Positions 38,753 to 51,351 are shown, numbered from the stretch's first letter. The stretch: 64,000 nt of DNA from Octopus sinensis (GCF_006345805.1 NC_043000.1:28706001-28770000), one strand, 5' to 3'. The notes: generated by a model from the sequence alone, not told the origin. Program-made: numbers and translations.

Positions 38753-39560
38753 CTCTTCCGATGGTCGTCCTTGCTGTGGTGGAAGATCTTGTGTACCGCA
38801 TTGATTCCGAGAGCGATTCTGTTTGGAGTCCTAGACATCTGGTAGAACCACCAATGGCGGCAAGGGCGAGGATGAGGTCCCACGCTGAACACGACCAAAC
38901 ACCAACATCTAGACCCCAACGGTGAAGTAAGCAGAGGAGAGCAATCTCAAGCGGATAGACTCAGCAGCTCGCTGTAACAAGCCTCAACAAGACTGCACGT
39001 CTCAATTCTTGAGCCGCAGTGGAGAGGTTCCTGGACAATATTCGATGGGAAGGTTATATTACCAACAATGAGGTTCTTCGCCGCGCCTCACTACCAAGCG
39101 TCCAAGTGACCATTCTTCGCCATTGTCTCCGCTGGACAGGTCACGTCGTGCGTATGGAGCACTCTCGTCTCCAGAGTGTCATGCTCTACGGAGAACTTGC
39201 AATTAGAACAAGACCCAGAGGAGGCCCGAAGTTCCGTTTTAAAGACCGGTTCAAACGGTCCCTGGTTCAAACTAACATCTAGCCATCCTCATGGAAACAG
39301 ACTGCCATGGATAGGACAGCCTGCAGGATTGCTGTCCGAAATTTAGCCAGCTACTTCGAGCAGAACAGACAACAGAATGAAGGTAAAGCGCAAGAGATGG
39401 AAGGAGCCTCGACCCGCACCGGTCATCATGTGCGAATTCTGTACACGACTCTTTCACCGCCGACTTGGACTCCAAAGTCACATTCGGCACAAATATCTGT
39501 TGAGGAGACTGGGTGGTGACTGACGAACAGAGTTCTCGGATACGAGCTGGAGCCAACGAT
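38753..39560 (+). mobile_element. Internally deleted (bipartite) RTE-clade LINE: structured 5' leader joined to RT C-terminus and C2H2 finger
   Basis: 39019-39282 reads FLDNIRWEGYITNNEVL…LRWTGHVVRM…MLYGEL…RGGPKFRFKD. After a stop and frameshift, CEFCTRLFHRRLGLQSHIRH starts at 39431. Confidence 0.85.
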
Positions 39561-39754
39561 ATATATGTACATATAAGAACACAGATAGTATGGCGTATAG
39601 CTAGCTGGAAACGATGTTTCCTTGGGCTAAACAACAGTAACATTTGTCCCTTCCAGGAGAGCCACACTATGTTGGCAAATAGCCTTTACTTTAAAGAACT
39701 GTTACTGAATATTTCTCTGAGAGATTTAGAAATAATAATGATTATATGTATATA

Positions 39755-39935
39755 TATATTGATGAAATTGGTAAGACAACAAAAAAATGAAAGTGACCTC
39801 GATATTATGTAAATAGTGGGAATTTATCAGTAAATGTAATATGTGAAAATTATTCGGTAGCCATGATAAAACTCCGAGTTTCGGATGCCGAGGTGGCAAT
39901 CCACGCCGCCATCTCTTCAGTTATCCGCCATCGAT
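39755..39935 (-). mobile_element. Family E short hammerhead-bearing element (HHR at 39865-39925, intact CTGAAGA core)
   Basis: Reverse strand gataa-CTGAAGA-GATG…GTGG-ATTG-CCAC…CATC-C-GAAA-CTC-G-GAG-T-T-ttatc. Homologous to 43898-44052. Confidence 0.78.
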
Positions 39936-39964
39936 GTATATATATAAAATATATATACATATAC

Positions 39965-40274
39965 ATATATATCACGTGATCACGTGACCGACCAGACAAT
40001 CAGATGTTGTTACACATCGCTGGTCACAATGAGTTCGCATTGTTTTAGCCTTTTGAATGACGCCACCCCGCTGGCTAAGCGAGCAGGCCAACAGAAGAAA
40101 GAGTGGGAGAAAGAGTAGTGAAAGATTACAGCAGGGATCACCACCCCCTGCCGGAGCCTCGTGGAGCTTTCAGGTGTTTTCGCTTAATAAACACACACAA
40201 CGCCCGGTCTGGGGATCGAAACAGCGATCCTCCGACCGCGAGTCCGCTGCCTTAACCACTGGGCCATTTCCCCT

Positions 40275-40276
<2 letters not shown>
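39965..40276 (-). mobile_element. Family C SINE with a different 3' tail from the 13525 copy
   Basis: Shared head and body (ccccctgccggagcctcg…ccactgggccatt); 3' part unrelated. Confidence 0.85.
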
Positions 40277-40325
<49 letters not shown>

Positions 40326-40330
40326 ATATA

Positions 40331-40365
<35 letters not shown>

Positions 40366-40502
40366 GTATATATATATAATATATATATATATATTATATA
40401 TATATATATTATATATATATAATATATATATATATTATATATATATATGTATATATATATGTATATATATATGTATATATATGTATATATATATATATAT
40501 AT

Positions 40503-41826
40503 ATATAATAACAATTTAATAAATAAAACATATGCATACATACATACATGCATATATGTACATACCTACATCTACATGTATATATACATGCATATATGAG
40601 TACAGGACACCACAAATAAACGTAGAACACAACGAGAAACGAAAACATAAAACCAAACAAGAAAACGGACTTTTTTTTAACAACGAAAAAACAGAGTACG
40701 ACAGACAACACAAGGAACATTCCCCTTCTTCAGCTGCCCCTGTTTCGACTCAATGCATATATACATATATATATATATTGTCCTTCTGTTGTAACAAAAT
40801 GGCTTTTCCGTTTTCGTTTCTGTTGATTTTTACGTCTTCTTGTGGTGTCCTGTACGTATATATATTTATATATGCATGTATATATACATGTAGATGTCGG
40901 TACGTACATATATGTTTGTATGTATGCATATATTTTATTTATTACACTATTGTCTGACAGCGCTTCGCGTCGGGTTCGTTTGAATTTTCGATTTTTCGAA
41001 TTCTCACTTCGTTCCGTCTCTTTCATCCCAGTTTGTTTTACAGTTTACTACAATGACGCGAAATTCTCTCCCTTTGCTTTGCTTTCTCCTCTCTCTTTCT
41101 CTCTCCTTTTCTCTCTCTGCCTCACCCTTCTCTCTAGCCACGTGTCTTCCTCTATCTGTCTCTCTCTCTCTCTCTCCCACTCCTTCCCACTTTCGTCACT
41201 GCTAATTCTTTCGCCTGTTGCCTTCAGGCCGTAAGGTCATGTTTCCCAGCGCTCGCCAGTTACCTTCTCGTCCCCGCCAGAACAAAGGCCTTCGTTCGTC
41301 TTTTTCGTTTGTTCTCTTGTTTATTTTGATTTCTCGTATTGTAATTTAATTCTCGTTTTGTAATTTCTTGTACATGTATCTTTAATTTTGTATTTTTTTC
41401 TTATATTTTTTTGTGCAGTTCTTCGTTACGTCCCTTTTTGTGTTACATTTTTTTTTGCTCGTTTTACCCCTCTACGAGGCTATTTTATTTTAATTCTCTC
41501 GTAGGAAGGACAGACGTGTCTTGTCTTGCCTTCGAAAAACGCAATGTCTGCTAGCGACAGCTGATGAAGGGGATCTTTTCCTTGTGCAGCATGTCCTGTA
41601 CTTCGTTTTTCTGCTGCACATAATTTTTTTTCCCGTTTTCGTTTCGTCTTGTTCCACGTCTCTGTCCTTCTGTTGTAACAAAATGGCTTTTCCGTTTTCG
41701 TTTCTATTGATTTTTACGTCTTCTTGTGGTGTCCTGTACGTATATATATTTATATATGCATATATATATACATGTAGATGTCGGTACGTACATATATGTT
41801 TGTATGTATGCATATATTTTATTTAT

Positions 41827-41830
<4 letters not shown>
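40503..41830. mobile_element. Family D composite: inverted partial copy, duplicated 3' end and longer unit
   Basis: 40510-40620 is inverted relative to 40840-40950. 40779-40948 is a direct repeat of 41661-41829. Confidence 0.8.
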
Positions 41831-41858
<28 letters not shown>

Positions 41859-41920
41859 CTATATATGTATATATATGTATGTATATATATATATGTATAT
41901 ATATATATATGTATATATAT

Positions 41921-41953
<33 letters not shown>

Positions 41954-41956
41954 GTG

Positions 41957-41997
<41 letters not shown>

Positions 41998-42003
41998 TAT
42001 ATA

Positions 42004-42393
42004 TGAGTGGATGTGTGGTAAGCTTCCTAACCAACCACATGGTTCCGGGTTCAGTCCCACTGCGTAGCATCTTGGGCAAGTGTCTTCTGCTATAGCCCCG
42101 GGCCGACCAATGCCTTGTGAGTGGATTTGGTAGACGGAAACTGAAAGAAGCCTGTCGTATATATGTATATATATATGAATGTGTGTGTGTTTGTGTCTGT
42201 TTTTGTTCCCCTAGCATTGCTTGACAACCGATGCTGGTGTGTTTACGTTCCCGTCACTTAGCGGTTCGGCAAAAAGAGACCGATAGAATAAGTACTGGGC
42301 TTACAAAAAGAATAAGTCCCGGGGTCGAGTTGCTCGACTAAAGTTGTGCTCCAGCATGGCCGCAGTCAAATGACTGAAACAGTAAAAGAGTAA
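42004..42393 (+). mobile_element. Family B SINE, near full length
   Basis: B-box-like GGTTCAGTCCC; tail (gtaaaaga)2. Confidence 0.92.
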
Positions 42394-42425
42394 AAGAGTA
42401 TATATATATATATAATATATATAAT

Positions 42426-42457
<32 letters not shown>

Positions 42458-42458
<1 letters not shown>

Positions 42459-42735
42459 TGGGTCATTCCATAAATAATGCGGTTTTATACTTATTTTACT
42501 TTTTAAAATTAATATGAACCAATTTTTTTTTTAATCTAAAATATACTCTCCTTCATTTTCTAAAATGTTCTTCCATCAATCTGGTAGACTTGTAAGGCAC
42601 CTCTTCCAGAATTCGCTTGTCCGTGGCGAAAAATGTTGTACTGATCTGACCTCGTCTACAGAATTCGTATTTTTTCCGTCCGAATGATTTTGAAGACAGC
42701 GAAATAAATGATAACCAGATGTGACAACGTCCAGC
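42458..42735 (-). mobile_element. Mariner transposon 3' end (transposase C-terminus plus TIR)
   Basis: DVVTSGYHLFRCLQNH…EFWKRCLTSLPD*WKNILENEGEYILD*; TIR TA|TTGGGTCATTCCATAAATAATGCGG. Confidence 0.85.
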
Positions 42736-42981
42736 CAAAGTTTGTTGTGTTGGTGTGTCAATGGGAAATTATTATTAATATAGTTAGAAATTCTATATAA
42801 CACCTGAGGTATATCGTAAATCGAAATTGGTTGTCTTCAATCCCTGGTTCTACTCTGGTGTTGGCTGAGTATACGCTTACTTATAGCAGAAGTAAGCTAA
42901 TGAAAGATTATGACGTAATTCCTGTGATTTTGTCCTTCATTCCTATTACGCTCTGTACTGACCTGAAGAGTTACTCTAAAG

Positions 42982-43335
42982 CAGGGTTCTCAAATTCTCA
43001 AACATCTTTTTATCTATGGACCCTTTAATTATTTTTGGTGGCGGCCTCCCATAGCCAGTCTATGTTAAAATAAAACTATATTTATAGTTACTTTTCTCAA
43101 AATTCCTATTTTCTTTTCCACACATCATCTTGTGTATGTCGAACTATGTAAAATGTTAGAGAACGAAACCTATCTATTTCCTGAAATTCGTACCAGTACA
43201 TACATCTTAAGCAACATATTTCAGAGGTCCCTAAATGCTACCGTGCATCCCCAATTTACTATTTTATTCGCTTAGACCCCTAAAAACCTTATACGGACCC
43301 TTAGGAGCCATATGGATCCCAGTTGAGAAGCACTG
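42982..43335. mobile_element. hAT-like MITE
   Basis: Termini CAGGGTTCTCAA / TTGAGAAGCACTG; imperfect 8-bp flanks ctctaaag / ctctgagt. Confidence 0.7.
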
Positions 43336-43736
43336 CTCTGAGTCCTAATAATTTCCTGTTAGTATCAATATCCCCAAGGAGAATCATGTATAGGTAAGGT
43401 AAGGTAAGGCTATGTAAGTGCTCCGTAAGGACTGATGTTAGACTCCCGGTTCGATAATAGTATGAGTGAGGAGTCCAACGTGCGTCGTGTGTGAGCATGT
43501 ATATGCTGAATAAAATGAGACAACAAGGCCAATGCAGCGCAAAAGTTGTAGCACATTTATATAGAGAGGAGTAGTCTTACAGCTGTTTCAGGGATATCCT
43601 TTATATCCCCGAAACAGCTGTAAGACTACCTGTTTATAAATGTTCTACAAATTTCACATTGCCTTGGTTTTGTTGTCTCATATTATTCAACATATATCTT
43701 GTGTGTGTGTGCTTGTATGCATGTGTGTGTGTATAC

Positions 43737-43797
<61 letters not shown>

Positions 43798-43805
<8 letters not shown>

Positions 43806-43993
43806 AATATGTTACATTACTCGATAGTCAAGATAAAACTCTGAGTTTCAGATGCCGAAGTGGAAATCCACAACACCATCTCTTCGATTATCTAGCCAGA
43901 TAACCGAAGAGATGGTGTTGTGGATTTCCACTTCGGCATCTGAAACTCAGAGTTTTATCTTGACTATCGAGTAATGTAACATATTATTGTATA
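43798..43993. repeat. 196-bp fold-back inverted repeat derived from the family E HHR element
   Basis: 43798-43886 pairs perfectly with 43905-43993, then one mismatch, 6 more bp and an AGCC loop. Confidence 0.95.
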
Positions 43994-44061
43994 GATAAAT
44001 TTCCTCTATTTACATAATATTGAGGTCTCTTTCTTTCTTTTGTTATCTTACCGTTTTACCA

Positions 44062-44114
<53 letters not shown>

Positions 44115-44584
44115 CGTATGTATGTATTTATGTATGTATGACATATTCTTAGTTTCAACCACTGACCCCTTTTCTGTAAAAATTCCTTCGATACTTCCTA
44201 TGGCAACTCTTTTTCAATCATTCTTTAAACACACTTCTTACTCCTTCTATAAATACACTCCCTATATGCGCAATCGTTATAACATTATTCAAATTTCCTT
44301 TTCCCTATATACCACTCTACACTAATTTATTTCGTCATTTCCTCCACCTCCATTCTAACTCTTACCTCACAGCCAGCTACCCCCTAAAATATTCCTCATA
44401 TTTTGTTGCATCCCACTTTCGTGCAGATCATTTAATGTGGTTTCGGAGTGGCGGGTTGTTTTTTTTTTCTTTATTTTATTTCGTTGGCTTAATTTATTTA
44501 TTCGGTTATTTTGCTTCCAAGTCATTTTAGTTTAATTTCATTCTGCAATATTCCACTGTCGTTCTAGTTCTTTTATTCTTTTAT

Positions 44585-44820
44585 TCTTTTTCTTGTTTCA
44601 GTCATTTTGACTGCGGCCGTGCTGGAGCACCGCATTTAATCGAACAAATCGACCCCAGGACTTATTCTTTGAAAGCTTTATTCTTTGCAAGTACTTATTC
44701 TATCGGTCTCTTTTGCCGAATCGCACAGTTATGGGGTCCTAAACATAAGAACATCGGTTGCCAAGCGATGGGTGTGACGATAAACGTAGACACACACACA
44801 AAAAAACACAAACACATACA
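44585..44820 (-). mobile_element. Family B SINE, 3' half
   Basis: Family similarity. Confidence 0.82.
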
Positions 44821-44824
44821 TATA

Positions 44825-45285
44825 CCTAGTCGGATCATTAAGTATCCGGATTACTGCCATAGTAACGAAGCTAAAAGCACGTAGAGTGAAGTCGCTGGGC
44901 ACAGATTGACCTTAATTTTGTGTATGTGCACTAAGTTTAAACGTTCTTGGTCACTTCCGCTGGTTACAACAGAGCTTGGAAGGAAGGTGTGTAGCGTGTG
45001 ATCGTCGCATTGACCATGATAGGGAAGCTGAACAGAGAATCTGCACCAAATTGTGCCAAAAGCTTAGCGATACCTGCTTAGAGGCCTACGCAAAGTCTTC
45101 AAACAGTCGTTCTCAAAAGGTCGTTCATCGTTCTCAACATAATCAATGAGATCTTGTGCAACAGAAACCCGAGTGTCCTTTTGGTCATCTGAAAGCAGTC
45201 TTGGCACAAACTTGGCAGACACGTATCTCATACCCGAATACTCAATAATAATGGACTGAACTGAACCGTAACTAATCTGCACATT
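44825..45285 (-). mobile_element. Internally deleted mariner remnant with one TIR
   Basis: ISYGSVQSII…GMRYVSAKFVPRLLSDDQKDTRVSVAQDL (WVPHEL-type linker); terminal TA|CCTAGTCGGATCATTAAGTATCCGG. Confidence 0.85.
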
Positions 45286-45286
45286 T

Positions 45287-45406
45287 CTATATTTAAGAGA
45301 TGAGGAATTATGTACATTATTTCATTATTTACATTCGACGGATATTTGTCCTCATTTTGTTTGTTGTTAACACAACGTTTCGGCTGATATACCCTCCAAC
45401 CTTCTT
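45287..45406 (-). mobile_element. Hammerhead-bearing element fragment cut at the core by an adjacent SINE head
   Basis: Reverse strand …AGA-A-GGTTG-GAGGGTATAT-CAGCC-GAAA-CG-T-T-gtg; CTG of the core replaced at the junction with ~45407. Confidence 0.6.
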
Positions 45407-46390
45407 GGGCGTATGGTGTAGTGGTTAAGAGCACGGGTTACTAACCCCAAGATTCCGAGTTTGACTTTGCTTTTCATCAAATCGGACTCGATAAAATAAG
45501 TACATGTCGGTCACTGGTCGATTTAATCGACAAACTCAATGCCTTTGAAATTATTCAATTCCTCTGAAACTGTCTTCCCTTTAGTGAAAGGGATGATATA
45601 GTTCTTATTACGCCTCTTTGTCGTCAGAAATCATACGACTCTTCATCCAATGACTTTCTAATTTCGGCGCGAAACAGAAGTTTTGTGTGAGAGGATTTAA
45701 TCGAAACTAGCGACCTTAGTATCTGATTGGTAATTTATTTTATCGAGCTAGGCGGGATTTGAACTCAGACCGCAAATAACTAGGATAATGATTTCTGATT
45801 TAGATGCAAGGCCAGGAAGATTTTAGAGGAGAGAATTGGTTGATCATATCGATTTCAGTACTTTATTTCATCGACCACGGAAGGTTGGAAGGCAAGACTG
45901 ACCTCAGCTGGATTTGAACTTAGAACATGAGAAGACAGAACAAATGTTCCAGACACTTTTCCAACTCTTTACCGATTCCGCCTTCAAGTCTTTATCTGAT
46001 ATTGGTTTCACATTTTGGCGCAAGGCCAGTAATTTCTGGGGGAAGTCGTCAGTCGATTACATCGACCCTAATGCTCGACATATCTCCTCCCCTCCCCCAA
46101 ATTGGTGGCCTAATATTTGATCCGCCTCTAAGTTCGAAGTCCGCCGATGTTAATGAGCTTTGTCATTCATCCACCACCCCGCCCTAACCCTCAGCACCAC
46201 TCAAGTGCAGAGGTCCATGATGTTGACTAAACCCCTCTCCCTCAAAGTTGCTGGCCTTGTGCTTAAGCCAGAAACTATTATAATTCCATAGTTCCGGATT
46301 AGCAAAATCATTACCTCAGTATTTTTTCCAACTATTTACGTTCTAAGTTCAAATCACGTAAAGGTCCAATTTGCCTTTCATATTTTCGAT
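45407..46390. mobile_element. Cluster of diverged family A SINE fragments in both orientations
   Basis: Repeated gatttgaactcaga, gtcgattacatcgaccc and ggccttgtgc motifs. Confidence 0.7.
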
Positions 46391-46404
46391 ATCAGCTACA
46401 TAAT

Positions 46405-46865
46405 GTGTTGTAAGTAGCTTGCTTACCAACCACATGGTTCTGGGTTCATTCCCACTGCGTGGCACGTTGAGCAAGTGTCTTCTACTATAGCCTCGGGCCG
46501 ACCAAAGCCTTGTGAGTGGATTTGGTAGATGGAAACTGAAAGAAGCCCGTCGCTGTAGCAATCAGGATTTCCTGTCATAATTTAATTACTATTATCATTC
46601 GATTTTATGTTTTTAATTCGAACAAAATGTATATATATCTATGTGTGTGTGTATATGTTTGTGTGCCTGTGTTTGTCCCCCCAACATTGCTTGACAACCG
46701 ATGCTGGTATGTTTACGTCCCCGTAAGTTAGCGGTTCGGAAAAAGAGACTGATAGAATAAGTACTAGGCTTACAAAGAATAAGTCCTGGGGTCGATTTGC
46801 TCGATTAAAGGCGGTGTTCCAGCATGGCCACAGTCAAATGACTGAAACAAGTAAAAGAGTAAAAT
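46405..46865 (+). mobile_element. Family B SINE carrying an ~80-bp insertion at its internal microsatellite
   Basis: Insert 46550-46630 matches 48507-48586. Confidence 0.88.
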
Positions 46866-48029
46866 ACAGAGAGGGAAATACTGGAATAAATAGTCTTGTC
46901 TTCCAAATGGCTGTCCGCGTGCCTAAATTGATACAAGTATGTTTTCTACTTCTTTTAATTGTTAAGTGGCCTTCCTAACACGTGTTCTACCCACCACTAT
47001 TTTCAAACTACTTTCTATACTGGATGACAGCGCTAATCAGTGAGGTGTATAAATACCAACTAGTAACCAGTTCAAATATGCTCGAGGTATGTTGGAAACC
47101 GAAAGGAAGCCATTCGCTATGTTCTGTCATAGAGAAAATTTCGTGCTGTAGACAGATAAATGTAAATACACCGAGTCAATACATTGTGTCAGCCTACAGC
47201 GCCTCCTGACCTGACCGTTGGATGTATTTCGTGGTTGTTACCTCCTCCTCAGCAGCAGACGCCGGAAAGGCAGACGCAGCGAACTGACAAAACAGTGAAT
47301 GGATTTCTTACTAGTCCAAATATGACTCAAGCAGATTTGAACCAATAACAAATTTCTACTTTCTCTTGTGTTCTCTTTTTATTTCTGATTTTGTTTGTTA
47401 TTTTCATGTTTACGCTGTGGACTTCCGAAATTCTTTAATCAGTCTACATTTCCATAAAAGTTAATTTTAAGAGATTTCTCCGTTAAACCATTATTCGAAG
47501 TCTTTACTCCATGTTTTATGACTGACTGTATATTGTTTGTGGCTAACTTCGCTGTCACAAATCATACCTATACGTATCCTTCTATGTGTACGTGTATGTT
47601 TGCTTGTACGTGTGTTTTTGTTTGTGTGTGCGTGTGTGTGTGTGTGTGTATATGTCTATATGTGTGTGTGCGTGTGGATATGTAGTTATCGGGCTACAGA
47701 AGAGAGAAAGAGAGGGAGAGAGAGAGAGAGAGAACAATCTAATATATATATACATATAAAACAATTTATCTGTATCTTTCTATATGTGTGTGTTTGTGCG
47801 TCTTTTGTGTGAATGTATGAATATCTATTTATTTATTTATACATAGAGAGACAGACAGAAAGATAGACAGACAGTTACAGACAGCATTTTATATGTAAAT
47901 ATATGTGTGTATGCATGTGTGTGTTTATAAAACATAGATACACATATTAAATATATATAGATATAGATATGTATGTTTGTGTATGTATATATGTGTGTAT
48001 ACATATGCGTGTTGGTGAATACATACACA

Positions 48030-48460
48030 TATATACATACATACATGCATGCATACACACATACATAGATACATACATACACACGTACATACAAACATAC
48101 ATACATACACACATACATACATACATACATACATACATACATACATACACACACACATACATACATACATACATACACACGCACATACATACATACATGC
48201 ATACATACATACATACATACATATATACATACATACATACACACAAACATACATACATAGATACATACATACACACGTACATACAAACATACATACATAC
48301 ACACATACATACTACATACATACATACATACATACATACATACATACATACATACATACACACACACATACATACATACATACACACGCACATACACACA
48401 CACACACATACATACATACATACATGCATACATACATACATACATACATACATACGCACA
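48030..48460. repeat. (CATA)n/(CA)n compound microsatellite
   Basis: Direct reading. Confidence 0.95.
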
Positions 48461-49754
48461 TATAAATGCATACATATTTCTTTTTTTAATATTTTTAAAA
48501 AGGAAATCGCTGTAGCAATCAGGATTTCTTGTCATAATTTAATTACTATTATCATTCGATTTTATGTTTTTAATTCGAAAAAATGTTTCTTTCGATTTTG
48601 ATTTCTTTATTTCCGTTTTTTTGTTCTATCGCTTTCTACTTTTCGTACGATTTGTTTGCAAATTTCTTTGACATCAACTTTGTTGTTTTGTTGTTGTTGT
48701 TGTTGTTGTCGTCGTCGTCGTCGTCGTCGTCGTCGTTGTTGTTGATTTATTTCTAATGTTATTTAATCGTTTTTACCAAATTAGATCGTGCCTCTACTCT
48801 GGTTATTTTAAGACATTGGTTGGTGTTCATATTGATTTTGTTTTATATTGACACAGAACCAGAAATATATAAAAGCGCGAAATATATTCGATCAAATCGA
48901 TTTCCACTAAATTGACTGGTATTTATATCCTTGGCCCTGATTCGATGAAGGGCAAATTCGATCTATGTACAATATATACTTAACATCTTAATGGACGTAA
49001 CGAAATAAATGCTTCTGATCGAAGCTCTGGGCCAGCAGTATGGATGTGAAGTTGTTAGTTAATTACATTGAGACCAATTCTTGATTCTTCTTCTTTCCCA
49101 CGACGACGAATGGTCTGTTAATTTGATTAGCCAAATAGCTTGCTTGTGAAGTGGCTGACGACCCCACAATCACGCGTATCCTTAATGTAGTTCTCTATAG
49201 GTACAGCTGACTTTTACCAGCTGAATGAGCTAGAGAAGCGTGAAATAAAGTGCCTTCCTCAAGGACACAATACGCTGCCGCGAATCGAACTCATGACCTC
49301 ATGATTGTTAGATCTTACCGTCATTTCACTCAGTATGAGGATGCATACCCAAAGTGATGTGTCGATAGTGAAGGACGACTTATTTAAACAATCACCCGAG
49401 GGGGCGTCTTTTACGCCTGTGGATGATAATGATTACACAACATCTCATCAATGTATAAAAATAACAAGTATAAAAATGTGTCGAAACTATTGTAGTGATT
49501 TCAAATAAAGACGTTCATTGTACAATTGAAACCGAAACTATGTGGTTGCCAAGTTGGCGTCTTAACCACACAGCCATAGACATGTAATTTTATCTATATC
49601 TATTAATTTATGCATTTTACTTACAGATGTGTATTGTATACACTATATATCATGAAGAATACAAGTTTAGCTTCTAACACAGGTACAGAGCCTGAAATTA
49701 GTGACAATGGTATTAGTCGATTAAATTGGCCCTAGTAGTTTATTTCATCTAAGG

Positions 49755-50006
49755 CAGTGGCTCTCAACTATTTTTTTACGTATGGTCTCCTTTAATTCCT
49801 ATTTTACTCCAATGGACGCTCCTAGCCACTCGATGTTTAAAAGAATTCATTATATTTTTACAATCATATATTATCAGGAATTATATAAAAGAATTTAAAA
49901 TACTTTGTGTTTTGCAGGAGAATAGCCAATGTCTTACAGGTGAATTCTAACAATAAAATATTATACGGACACCCAAAGGCCATATAGATCCCGGCTGAGA
50001 AGCACT
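49755..50006. mobile_element. hAT-like MITE, same family as 42982-43335
   Basis: CAGTGGCTCTCAAC … tatagatcccggCTGAGAAGCACT. Confidence 0.65.
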
Positions 50007-50579
50007 TTATTATAAACATTATAAAGGACAAAAAAAACTTGATCATGATAGGATTTGAACTGAAGCTGTCAAAATCTGGAGTTAATATTGAAAGTGCTCT
50101 GCTCGACACGTTAACAACTCGACCAAAAGATCCCACGAAGTGTAAGCTATAACATTGACTGTTTCATAAATATTTGTGTTTCAGTTCTTTAACCATTCTT
50201 CATGGAACCGTGGCGAATGTTTTCGAAGAGATGAATGTTTATCTGAGCAAAACTTTATACTTTTATCATTCTCCAAAGCTTACCACAGTAATAAACTTGA
50301 GTTATTACCAGACCCTTGCAACCGATAAACAATTTGATTTTCTTCATTAATACTTGTATTCAACTTAATTTATTCATTAATATGTTTGTTTGTTAGTTTT
50401 TATCTCTCTTTAACAACAATTTATTATATTACGCAGAGAAAACTGCAAAAATAAAAACAATAAATAACTATGAAATATATCTTTCTATGTAAATATATGT
50501 TTGTGCCTTAATGTACATACATATCGATCTAGGTCGCATCTCTCTTTGCTTCCTTCTCTCTGTGTCCGCTTCTCACTCA

Positions 50580-50611
<32 letters not shown>

Positions 50612-51287
50612 GTCATCTCTCTCTATTCCATTCTCTTTCTCTCTATTTATCTATCCGTCTATCTCTATCTTTCTCTCTGATGTAGTTGGCAGCGAATTTT
50701 CAAATGCAACAAAGAGAAGCGTTTTTCTAATTATCTTGCAACCGTCCCTAGTATTTCTTTACATTGAATTACACTTTGTTGCATTACTTGATATTGTATT
50801 CTATCCTATTATTTGATATTAATACTGTACACCGTATTATAGTGATCTCATCAAATCATTCGCTTAATATTTATTGTTTCCAAACCTTAATCGGCTCATT
50901 TAGACTTACGTCAGATTCTACCAAATGAAACAGCAATAATTATTTCCGATTTATTCACAAAACGTCTGCTTCTCCTTCTTTTGCCATGTTGTTCTTATTT
51001 CCTTGAAGGTTCTCTCTCTCTCTCTCTCTCTACCCCTCCTCACTACCTTCTCTCTCTCTCTCTCTCTACCCCTCCTCTCTCTCTCTCCCGTTCATTCTCT
51101 CATTCTCTCTGTCCCTCTTTCCCTCGCCATCGCCTCTCTTTGTCTTTCTCTTTTTATCGCTTCCTTTTACAGTTTTGCTTCCCTCTCTCTTTTCCCCGTG
51201 CGTCTTTCACTCATTTTTACTTTCCACCTAAACATCCACAAAGGCATACGCAGTCTACCACAGCTACAAACACACACACACACACAC

Positions 51288-51351
<64 letters not shown>

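Noticed and set aside
46907-46942. Possible first coding exon (ccaaATGGCT…CAA|GTATGT; MAVRVPKLIQ)
   Set aside because: Ten codons plus a donor-like hexamer is expected by chance; no downstream exon found
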